A stretch of DNA of 63,445 nucleotides, from positions 1-63,445 of the forward strand of contig JAEYUE010000123.1 of NCBI GenBank assembly GCA_023433655.1, read 5' to 3'. Under the pieces are notes generated by a model. The model was not told the origin of the DNA and made no database searches. It saw only the letters and a program-made list of their open reading frames with translations. Below, in pieces: positions 1 to 8,713 of the stretch. Numbering within the stretch: position 1 is the stretch's first letter; each line of letters starts with the position of its first letter. The DNA is from Pseudomonadota bacterium (GTDB lineage: Bacteria > Pseudomonadota > Alphaproteobacteria > Caulobacterales > Caulobacteraceae). The translations under genes and the position numbers were made by a program.

Positions 1-753
1 TTCATGGGTGGGCGCAGTCCGATGAGCCTGGTGCAGGCCAACCGGGAAGTGCGCCTGTGGTGTCAAACGGAGGCCGGGATGCGCATTCACGGGACGACCA
101 AAGCTCAACCGCGCCGCCAGTTCGAAGCAGTCGAGAAACAGCGTCTGAAAGCCTTGCCGCAGACCCCTTATGACCTGGCGATCTGGAAAAAGGCCAAACT
201 GCACCGCGACTGCCACATCGTTTTCGCGGGATCCTACTACTCCGCCCCCTTCCGGCTGGTGGGACAAAGCCTGTGGGTGTGTGCTGGAGCCAGCCAGGTG
301 CGCTTGTCCAACGAAAAATATGAACTGGTGGCCACCCACGAACGGGCCAGCCAACCCGGCAGCCGCCAGACCCATCGCGATCACTATCCGCCCGAGAAGC
401 TGCCCGGGCTGGAACGCACCTGCGAAAGCTGTCTGGTGCAGGCAGCCGAACTTGGCCCGGCAGTCCAGCAGGTGATGGAACAGATCCTGGCCGACCCAGT
501 CCTGGACCGCATCCACCAGGCAGGCCGATTAGTGCGCCTGAGCGAAACGTATGGCCATCAACGCCTGAATGATGCCTGCTAGCGAGCGCTAGATTACGGC
601 GACGCGGCTTACAAAACGGAGAAGAACATCCTCAAACACCATCTGGACCAGCAAGAAGCGCCCATCCCGGTCCAGCTGGCCCCGGCGCTGACCTTTTCAC
701 GCCAGGCAGAGGAACTAGTGGGTGGCCTGGTCGAGGTGGAACGATGGAACTAA
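1..753 (+). pseudogene. istA: IS21 transposase IstA, C-terminal part with internal nonsense codon
   Basis: RIHGTT, KAKLHRDCHI, YYSAP motifs. TAG at 580-582 is followed in frame by RALDYGDAAYKTEKNIL...RWN to TAA 753, which overlaps the istB ATG. Confidence 0.85.
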
Positions 754-1517
754 AACCGCAGCTTTCCCACCAACTGCGCCAGCTGCGCATGTCGGGCGTA
801 ATGGAGACGTTGGAGGTGCGCAACCGCCAGGCGATTGACGGTCAATGGTCCTTCATGGAATTCCTGTCGCGACTGTTGGAGGATGAAACCGAGCGCCGCG
901 CCCAGAAGCAGCTCAGCATGCGCTTGCGGCGCAGCACGCTGAATGACACCAAAACCATTGAGGGCTTTGATTTCCAGTTCAACCCCAACCTCAACCGCCA
1001 GCAAATTCTGCAACTGGCCGCCGGTGACTACATCCGTCAGCACCGCAACTTGCTGATCTGCGGTCCGACCGGGGTGGGCAAAACCCATCTGGCGCAGGCC
1101 CTGGGCCAGGAGGCGGCGCGCCTGGGCTTCGATGTGCTGTTTGCCAGCGTCCAAAAGATGCTCCAGCAGTTGGGCGGCGGTCGCGCCGATGGTTCCTGGG
1201 AGCGCCGCATGGCAACCTACCTGCGCCCGGATCTCTTGATCCTGGATGACTTCGGTCTCAAACCGATCCAACCGCCCGGCCCGGAAGATCTGTCCGATGT
1301 GATTAACGAGCGCTACGAGCGCGGCAGCATTCTGCTCACCAGCAACCGCGCGCCCAACGAGTGGCCGGACCTGTTCCTCGACCCGCTCCTGGCCTCCGCT
1401 GGCCTGGACCGGTTGCTGGATCGTGCCGAGGTGGTCATCATCCGCGGCGCCAGTTACCGCGCGCAAGGCCGTTCTCGCCTGATGGAGGAGGTGCCGACCA
1501 CCCCAATACAACCTTAA
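744..1517 (+). CDS. istB: IS21 helper AAA+ ATPase IstB
   Basis: Walker A GPTGVGKT, Walker B LLILDDFG, LTSNR and LDRL motifs. Confidence 0.95.
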   Translation: MELKPQLSHQLRQLRMSGVMETLEVRNRQAIDGQWSFMEFLSRLLEDETERRAQKQLSMRLRRSTLNDTKTIEGFDFQFNPNLNRQQILQLAAGDYIRQHRNLLICGPTGVGKTHLAQALGQEAARLGFDVLFASVQKMLQQLGGGRADGSWERRMATYLRPDLLILDDFGLKPIQPPGPEDLSDVINERYERGSILLTSNRAPNEWPDLFLDPLLASAGLDRLLDRAEVVIIRGASYRAQGRSRLMEEVPTTPIQP

Positions 1518-1628
1518 CGATTTCCTCGATTTCTATTTATTCCCCCGCAAAAGTGGCGCAGTGTTGCCGAAGATGACTGGCACAGTGTGGGTGAAGATCG
1601 CTGGTACATTTACGTGTTGATATTGACA

Positions 1629-2416
1629 TCAGTCGAACATCTGCAAGTGATTATTACCGCCGGGCCACTGGAAGAACTGCCTTATGACCTGAGGCAGCAG
1701 TGGCATAAGATTTGCCTTTCATTGCATAAATACTTCCCCAACCTGGTATACCCGATTCTACAAAATCTTACACCGTATCAGATCAAAGCGCGGTCAAAGG
1801 TCCTACAGCCAATGGACTCGCTTGGCCGTCAGAAAACCATGGAATTCATGCTGCGATTGCTTTTCGATGCTGACCCGATGAAGCTCAGCCTGCCATACCA
1901 GTTGATCAGCTGGCTGATGGGCTACAGCCAGTCTTCCTCGCCCCTGCGCGATTTCCTGGTTGAGCGGTTGGTGAGGTATCTGTATTTCCTTCACTGGAAC
2001 CCGGCAGAAATCATCTCTGAACCGCAGACTTTTTCCGCCTTCCTATAGGTAAGGCACGATACCCCTCACTCTATATTGCCCTGACAGCCCGGACCAGTTC
2101 ATATTCCAAATCAACCACTGCAGGTGTCGCAATCGCAACACTGAAGCGCGCCAGCCTGGATTATTTGCTTATGCCAGATAACTCAATACCTCAAAAATTT
2201 TTGATGGAAATGAGAGCGACCCTCCCAGAGGATTATGCCGAGTTAGATGAATTTGGCAAAGACCGCGTCCTCAATCAACTTGCATTTGCGGCCCAACGCA
2301 GGTGGTTCTATGGTGGATTTCGGACAGGGTATCGCCGACATGATGCGCCGGAAAGGCTCGCTGACCGATTTCCGCAGCTTGCTGCGCCGTTTTGGCGATA
2401 CTCCGAACCGTTATGA
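1629..2416 (+). pseudogene. Fragmented hypothetical gene truncated by IS21
   Basis: Two consecutive protein-like ORFs (1587-2048, 2165-2416); the first starts inside the IS end. Family not recognised. Confidence 0.4.
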
Positions 2417-2741
2417 AAGCGGCACCATCGGTCGTTGAACGGATGTGGTTGATCGTCCGTACCTGACCATGCTAGCAGGCCTGCCTCCCATCGATCTGGC
2501 CCCTTTTGCGCAGCGCGGCAGTTCAATACCCAATAGGAATTATCTGCATAGGTTTGAACCCTTTATTATGGATATGTTTCTCTAGAAGCTGATGTGCATA
2601 TAAAATCATTAGATAAGATGGAAGATTTCAATCGTCCGCCACATCGAAAGCTACACCTTTTTAATTCATCTACATCGCATTCCACCCGATTAATGACGGG
2701 AAAGTTCAGGCCACCCATCTATCCTAACTGGGTGAAATTCT

Positions 2742-2795
2742 AAACTGAACCTGCGGGAATCCACAGGTTCAGTTTGAAGATAATTGATGTATATT
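2742..2795 (+). promoter_or_regulatory. Palindromic operator and -10-like box upstream of response regulator 1
   Basis: AAACTGAACCTG-CGGGAATCCA-CAGGTTCAGTTT (12-bp perfect arms), then GATGTATATT. The palindrome centre and the GATGTATATT box recur upstream of the paralog. Confidence 0.6.
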
Positions 2796-2869
2796 GTATT
2801 TTACCGGGGTCGCTTACTTGTTAGTAAGGCCGACTTTCTTTACAACCGAATAAAACGGGGGAGCGTTCG

Positions 2870-3523
2870 ATGGCCTGCATCAAAGTAATCATTGCGAATC
2901 GTCAGCCATTTATGTGCTCAGGAATTCGTTCCGTACTATCATCGCAACCAGATCTGCTCGTTGTTGGTGAGGCAAGAACAAAGCAGGATACCAAAAGAAT
3001 GTGCTTGGAACTTCAACCGAAAGTCCTGCTGCTCGATCATACACTGATAAAAAATGATTGCCATGTGCTGCTTCATTTCCTGAAAAAAGAAATCCCAGAA
3101 CTCGAAATTATCCTTTTGCTCGACCATATGCCAGAAGGTGAGCTGCCTGGCTATTTCACGTGCGGTGTTAAGGGCTGTCTGATGATAGATGAAGAAGTTG
3201 GACCCTTGATTCGCGCCGTTAATGCAGTAGCATATGGAGATACTTGGTTCAGTTCACCTATTCTTGACTCTCTTGTTAAAATGGCAAACTTACAGGCCAG
3301 GCTGGGAGAAAAGCAAAATAGCCACTCCCCGCTCAGTATTCGAGAGAAAGAGATCATGTACTACGTTGCAGCGGGGATGAGCAATCAGGAGATCGCACGA
3401 GAATTGTCCATTGCGGAACGAACTGTTCGCCACCATGTTGAACAAATAATGATCAAACTCGATGCCCCAAACCGAACGAAAGCAGTAGTGGTTGCACTAA
3501 GAAATGAATGGATCGCGATGTAA
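2870..3523 (+). CDS. NarL/LuxR-family response regulator (atypical receiver)
   Basis: REC-like N-terminus; LuxR HTH PLSIREKEIM...GMSNQEIA...TVRHHV...KL; GGGGGAG RBS. Confidence 0.92.
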   Translation: MACIKVIIANRQPFMCSGIRSVLSSQPDLLVVGEARTKQDTKRMCLELQPKVLLLDHTLIKNDCHVLLHFLKKEIPELEIILLLDHMPEGELPGYFTCGVKGCLMIDEEVGPLIRAVNAVAYGDTWFSSPILDSLVKMANLQARLGEKQNSHSPLSIREKEIMYYVAAGMSNQEIARELSIAERTVRHHVEQIMIKLDAPNRTKAVVVALRNEWIAM

Positions 3524-3702
3524 CTGTAAAATGCTATCTGTATGTCCACGTTCTCTGGCACACAGTTTCTGAAGATATCTGCCTATCCCTCTAACTATGA
3601 AGAAGTTGACTGCATCGTTAATATACACCAGACCATTGCCTTCCCTAGCTCAGTTCGATCAACAACTTTTCGCCGATGACGATCATACCAATTATTTACC
3701 TA

Positions 3703-4724
3703 ACGTCTGATGTGAAATGCACCTATGAAGCCGAAACGACTTCAAAGGTTTGTACATTAACACCGAAATCAACCCACAGCAAGTGCCGCAGCAGATGAGC
3801 GGTCATCTTGGTGATCACCCGCGTAGTCAAACCCAGGACGGTTTTTGCCAGCAGCCGCTCGATGTTCCGTCCGGTATCCTGGATTTCATGGAACACGCCT
3901 TCGATCCGTTCGCGGATCTTGCTCAGCCAGCGATCCAGGCCAGGGCTGTTCTGGTACTTCTGGTTGGTGCGGCGCGGCGTCCAGATCAGATTGTTCGTCT
4001 GATCAAAGATGCTGGTCTGCCATTTCAAGCCCAAAAAGCCTTTGTCGGCAAATAGATCGCAGTAGGAGAAATAGTCGATCACGGTTTCCGCAGCAGCACG
4101 CTCGTCGGTATTGGCTGGAACCAGATCATAGACCATCGGAATGCCGTTCAACGTGCTGACCGCTACCAGTTTGTAGCCAAAGTACTTCAGGTTGCGGCTT
4201 GCGCACTTGCCATAGTTGGCGTTTCCGGCAAAGTCACTGCGCCGTTTATCGCGTTTATAGCTCAATACCGGCACGTGTTTGGTATCGAGCAAGTACTGGC
4301 TGTGCAAATGCCAGCCTTTTTGCACGATCCAATACCGCCGCAGCTCCTCCACCAAGAGACGCAACGACCGGGCGCGGCGGTTGTACTGGCTTTGATCGAC
4401 CAGTTTGGGAAACAAGGCCAGATAGTTGGCGCGAATAAAGCCTACATACTGGGTTTCACTGGGAAAGGGAATGAATTCTTGCACCAACATCAACGTGATC
4501 ATCTCGCTGTCCGTAAATTCTGGCTTTGCGCCGGCTTTCCCGCGCAGCAGTTTGGTTCCTTCACGTTTGTACCAGTCATCTACCAGGACGAAAATGATGG
4601 TAAAAAGGTCAATCATGGATATACTTGTCATGGGAATGTACCTCGTGCTAGATTAGGTTCGCACCTTTAATCTTGAGGACATTCCCATTTTTCGTCAACC
4701 CACTTTCGATTTCACATCACACGT
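3703..4724 (-). mobile_element. IS982-family insertion sequence, intact
   Basis: 16-bp terminal IRs ACGT(C/G)TGATGTGAAAT (15/16 match); flanking direct repeat ACCTA (TACCTAA if ends are shifted by 1 bp). Confidence 0.88.
3723..4631 (-). CDS. IS982-family DDE transposase
   Basis: SQYNRR, YFGYKL, ADKGF, RERIEGVF motifs; 302 aa. Confidence 0.9.
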   Translation of the reverse strand: MTSISMIDLFTIIFVLVDDWYKREGTKLLRGKAGAKPEFTDSEMITLMLVQEFIPFPSETQYVGFIRANYLALFPKLVDQSQYNRRARSLRLLVEELRRYWIVQKGWHLHSQYLLDTKHVPVLSYKRDKRRSDFAGNANYGKCASRNLKYFGYKLVAVSTLNGIPMVYDLVPANTDERAAAETVIDYFSYCDLFADKGFLGLKWQTSIFDQTNNLIWTPRRTNQKYQNSPGLDRWLSKIRERIEGVFHEIQDTGRNIERLLAKTVLGLTTRVITKMTAHLLRHLLWVDFGVNVQTFEVVSAS

Positions 4725-5002
4725 ACCTAATAATTGGGGCATGTTTGCAAACTCATGGATTGGCAAGAATCTAGTTGATTTCCATGCAAAAGCATATCTT
4801 ATTAGACAACTCCGCCAATCATCGTTCACAAATCTGCAAAAAACGGAGCATGGCGAACACCTTAAACGGTCGATGCCGCACAGGTTAAACAGACCAAGTC
4901 GCACACCTTAAACGGTGCATGTCGCACACTTTGCCAGGGGGAAAGAAGCGCTGACAATCCCAAAATCGGGTATTCTGCCTCTTCCAAAACGAGGAGGAAG
5001 GT

Positions 5003-6529
5003 ATGCCCCAAGAGAGATTGTCCGTGAGAAAAATACGCGAAGTCATCCGATTGCATTTTGAGGCAGGATTATCCAACCGTGCCGCGGCGCGGGCATGCCG
5101 GGTTTCTAACAGCACGGTGGGCGAGTACCTGGAACGGGCCAGGCAAGCAGGCTTGCGCTGGCCGCTGCCGGAAGGGTTGAGTGACGCAGAACTCTACCGG
5201 CATTTATATCCAGAAGACAGCAAGGCCAAGCCAGAGAGCGACCGTCCCATGCCGGACTGGGAGGAGGTCCACCGCGAACTATCCAAGCGCGGGGTAACCC
5301 TGACGTTGCTGTGGCAGGAATACCGGGAAAAGCATCCCGATGGGTATGGGTTCACGCAATTCCGGTTCTATTATCAGCGCTGGAACAAGGCCCATACCAA
5401 TACCATGCGCCTGCCGCACAAGGCAGGTGAGGAAATGCAGGTAGATTACGCCGGGATGACGGTCGCCATCACCAATCCGGAGACGGGGGAAATCCGCCGA
5501 GCGGTGGTCTTTGTGGCAACGCTTCCCGCCAGCAGCTACACCTATGCGGAGATCCAGCCCTCCCAGGAGCTTCCGCACTGGCTGGGCGGGCATGTGCGCG
5601 CATTTCAGTTCTTTGGCGGCATTCCCCAAACCATCTGCCCGGACAACCTCAAGTCCGGTGTAAAAACTCCCAACCGCTACGAACCGGAACTCAATCCCAG
5701 CTACCAGGAACTGGCCGAGTATTACCATGTGGCGGTTCTGCCTGCCCGGGTGCGCAAACCGCGCGATAAAGCCCAGGTAGAAAACAGCGTCCAGAATGTG
5801 GAGCGCTGGGTACTGGCGCCCCTGCGCAATCGCACGTTCTTTAGTGTAGGAGAAGCTAACCGCGCCATTGCACCCCTGCTTCAGGCGCTCAACCAGAAGG
5901 AAATGCAGCACCTGGGGAAATCCAGAAAACAGGTATTCGAAGAACTGGATCAACCGGCGCTGCGACCGCTGCCCGAGCGTCCGTACGAATACGCGGCCTG
6001 GAAAACCGCCAAAGTCAATATCGACTACCATGTCGCGTTTGAGGGCCATTATTACAGCGTCCCCTTCGCCCTGGTACGGCAGGAGGTGCGCATCCGCGCC
6101 GCGGAAAATCTGGTCGCCATCTTCCACAACGGGCAGCAGGTGGCCGTCCACCCGCGCAGCCTGGCGCAAGGCCGTTTTTCCACCCGTTCCGAACACATGC
6201 CGCCCACGCACCAGTTCATGTCCGGCATGAACGAGGACTGGTTTCTACGCGAGGCGGGCAAAATCGGCCCGCACACCAGCGCCTATATCGCTGCTGTATT
6301 GAAATCTCGTCCGTTCCCGCAGCATGCCTATCGTTCCTGCCTGGGCATCCTGGATCTGGCGCGCCGGTACACGCACCCGCAACTAGAAACCGCCTGCCAG
6401 GTCTTGCTGGCAGCCCACCTGCTTTCCTACCGTGATCTCAAAAATGAACTCGAACGCCTGGCGGCGCAAACGCCAGAGCCTGTCCTGCCCGCGCATGAAA
6501 ACGTGCGCGGCCATTCGTACTACCAGTAA
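5003..6529 (+). CDS. istA: IS21 transposase IstA
   Basis: N-terminal HTH; DDE core MQVDYAG, PDNLKSGV, KPRDKAQVE; HENVRGHSYY terminus. Confidence 0.95.
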   Translation: MPQERLSVRKIREVIRLHFEAGLSNRAAARACRVSNSTVGEYLERARQAGLRWPLPEGLSDAELYRHLYPEDSKAKPESDRPMPDWEEVHRELSKRGVTLTLLWQEYREKHPDGYGFTQFRFYYQRWNKAHTNTMRLPHKAGEEMQVDYAGMTVAITNPETGEIRRAVVFVATLPASSYTYAEIQPSQELPHWLGGHVRAFQFFGGIPQTICPDNLKSGVKTPNRYEPELNPSYQELAEYYHVAVLPARVRKPRDKAQVENSVQNVERWVLAPLRNRTFFSVGEANRAIAPLLQALNQKEMQHLGKSRKQVFEELDQPALRPLPERPYEYAAWKTAKVNIDYHVAFEGHYYSVPFALVRQEVRIRAAENLVAIFHNGQQVAVHPRSLAQGRFSTRSEHMPPTHQFMSGMNEDWFLREAGKIGPHTSAYIAAVLKSRPFPQHAYRSCLGILDLARRYTHPQLETACQVLLAAHLLSYRDLKNELERLAAQTPEPVLPAHENVRGHSYYQ

Positions 6530-6539
6530 AGGAGACCCC

Positions 6540-7289
6540 ATGAGCCAACAAACCCTGGATGACCAACTGCACGAACTGCGCCTGTCCGCCTTTCGCACCG
6601 CCCTGCGCGAGCAGCAGGCCAACCCGCAATACACCGATCTGTCGTTTGAGGATCGTCTTTCGCTGCTGGTGGACGCCGAATGCAGCCAGCGCCGTGAGAA
6701 CCGCGTCAAACGCAACATCCGCGCCGCCGGTTTTCCCATGACCGCCGCTTTGGAAGATCTGGACTTCGCCCCCGCGCGCGGACTGGAACGCCGCTTTATC
6801 CTGGAGCTGGGGCAGTGCCACTGGATTGCCAGCCGCCAGAATATCTTGGTTTTTGGCCCGACCGGGAGTGGAAAATCGTTTCTGGCTTCCGCCTTTGGCG
6901 TTGCGGCCGCTCGTCTGGGTTTCACCGTGCGCTACCACCGCACTGCCCGCCTGCTGCACGCACTCACCCTTGCTCGCCAGGATGGTTCGCTCACCCCGTT
7001 GCTGCGTGCTTTGGCGAAAACCAACCTGTTGGTCCTGGACGATTGGATGCGTGATACCATTTCCGTCCAGAATGCACAGGACATCTTGGAGGTGCTGGAC
7101 GACCGCTTTGGGCACTCCGCCACCCTGATCGTTAGCCAGGTACCGGTGACCGACTGGCACCTGCGCATCCCAGACCCCACCCTGGCGGACGCAATCCTGG
7201 ACCGCCTGGTTCACAATGCCCAGCGGATCCATTTGGAGGGTGAATCCCAACGAAAATTACGATCCCAGCGCTCCATGCCGAACACTTGA
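6540..7289 (+). CDS. istB: IS21 helper ATPase IstB
   Basis: ATG 6540 after AGGAG; GPTGSGKS, LLVLDDW, DAILDRLVH. Confidence 0.95.
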   Translation: MSQQTLDDQLHELRLSAFRTALREQQANPQYTDLSFEDRLSLLVDAECSQRRENRVKRNIRAAGFPMTAALEDLDFAPARGLERRFILELGQCHWIASRQNILVFGPTGSGKSFLASAFGVAAARLGFTVRYHRTARLLHALTLARQDGSLTPLLRALAKTNLLVLDDWMRDTISVQNAQDILEVLDDRFGHSATLIVSQVPVTDWHLRIPDPTLADAILDRLVHNAQRIHLEGESQRKLRSQRSMPNT

Positions 7290-7390
7290 TGTAAAATCTT
7301 CTTGTCAGCGCTCTCACCCTTGCAAGTGTGCGGCATCCGCCGTTTAAGCTGTGCGCTTTCACCGAAATGCGCAGTATGCATTCATACGAT

Positions 7391-8713
7391 CTATTTACAG
7401 GTATCGAGCGAAATATCCCGACTTGCAATTACAAAATATACTGGCGAAGCATCCAGGAATGGCAAATCGATCCTCACCAGAGTCCCATCCTTGCGATCAA
7501 ACATCCAGTACTTCGCACCAGAATTGTCACTCTCTTGATAGGCTAAAAAGCCGACTCGATCAATATCTTTCAAGGGGAAAATTTTTTCAATATGATACCC
7601 GCCTTGTCCCTTCTTCGGGAAACTTTGCACCAATTCTCCGGTACGAACATCGTACCAGGCGATGAGGGTATTACTATACTGTCCCTGTCGGTCTTCCCCA
7701 TCGAGCAGTAGCAGAATCTGTCTACTGTCTCTTTGCCACCAGAAGGTCGACATTGAAGGTCCGTACAATGATCCAGGAAGTTGCATCCATTTCAGCGTGT
7801 AATCTTCCAAGTCTATCAACCCTATCTTCCCTAAACCCTGTTCCCGCCAGCTTATAAAAGCAATCCAGTTCCCATTCGGTGAAAACTGGATCTGACGGAT
7901 ATTCTGATCCCGAAATTCCTCACCAAAATGGGTAAGCTGTGTCGTTAATTGGGACTGTAGATCTAGTATTTGGATCTGGACAATCCCGTTTTCATCTCGA
8001 TCAGAAAAAGCGAGGTACCTGCTATCCGGTGACCATCCTGCACCCTGGTAACCTGATCCGCCCCGAGGGGTGAGGTTATTGGGTAACCCATTCTGGTCAT
8101 TGACCTGCATCAGTTCAAGGTAGAGGTTGCTCGAATCACGTTCATCGAAGCCATTATCACCGGACGGTCGCACGAAACTGATCCATTTTAAATCAGGGGA
8201 AGCGGATACATGAAACCGTCCCTCATACGGGTATTCCGAGTCAAAAAAGATTTCTCTGCGATTAACAACCTCCCACTGCATACTAACTGTATTTATCTGG
8301 ATGCCATTACCCTCAGGAAGCTTATTTTGGAAACCATAAAAGAAACAGGGGTCGAGTGAAAATGTGATATCCCCATACAGGTTATCCGTCTTACGCAGCG
8401 TTTCACCATATTCATTTACCAACCGAGTTCCCATCTCATTACGGTATGCGTTGATGATCAACTGGAAGGTATCCGAGGAGAAATGTACTGCCTCAGGGGT
8501 AACAGCGGGGGTTGCCGTAAGCGCAGTTGCTGTGATATTTGTGGTAATTTTGGAAGAAGTACCAGTATCGGTTTCTCCTGCAGTAGGAGTGAACTCTAAT
8601 GCTGGTTGTGTAAAAGGCACTCTGGTTGTATTATTCTGACTACAACCATATAGTAATAGGAAAAATGTCAGAATTAATGACAAGATATTTCTACTTAAGG
8701 CTTTTATCATCAT
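7391..8713 (-). CDS. TolB-like beta-propeller lipoprotein, candidate immunity protein for the upstream M23 toxin
   Basis: Lipobox LLYGC, T/P-rich linker, WSPD/FSPNG (PD40-type) repeats; ATG 8713 overlaps the toxin stop (ATGA). Confidence 0.75.
   Translation of the reverse strand: MMIKALSRNILSLILTFFLLLYGCSQNNTTRVPFTQPALEFTPTAGETDTGTSSKITTNITATALTATPAVTPEAVHFSSDTFQLIINAYRNEMGTRLVNEYGETLRKTDNLYGDITFSLDPCFFYGFQNKLPEGNGIQINTVSMQWEVVNRREIFFDSEYPYEGRFHVSASPDLKWISFVRPSGDNGFDERDSSNLYLELMQVNDQNGLPNNLTPRGGSGYQGAGWSPDSRYLAFSDRDENGIVQIQILDLQSQLTTQLTHFGEEFRDQNIRQIQFSPNGNWIAFISWREQGLGKIGLIDLEDYTLKWMQLPGSLYGPSMSTFWWQRDSRQILLLLDGEDRQGQYSNTLIAWYDVRTGELVQSFPKKGQGGYHIEKIFPLKDIDRVGFLAYQESDNSGAKYWMFDRKDGTLVRIDLPFLDASPVYFVIASRDISLDTCK

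Larger units (their letters stand above)
1..1628 (+). mobile_element. IS21-family insertion sequence, right part (left end outside window)
   Basis: istA C-terminal part overlaps istB; three imperfect ~24-bp subterminal repeats at 1551-1628 end in TGACA, as expected for an IS21 right end. Confidence 0.85.
4835..7373 (+). mobile_element. IS21-family insertion sequence, complete
   Basis: TG...CA ends with repeated TTAAAC/GCACA motifs (three at left, inverted at right) enclosing istA-istB; no target duplication seen. Confidence 0.88.

Noticed and set aside
1551..4930. Short repeat clusters at 1551-1628 and 4850-4930 as CRISPR or iterons
   Set aside because: Imperfect, no unique spacers, and located at IS21 termini.
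750..7250. Long antisense ORFs (750-1511, 5279-6211, 6438-7250)
   Set aside because: Shadows of GC-rich IS21 genes on the opposite strand.
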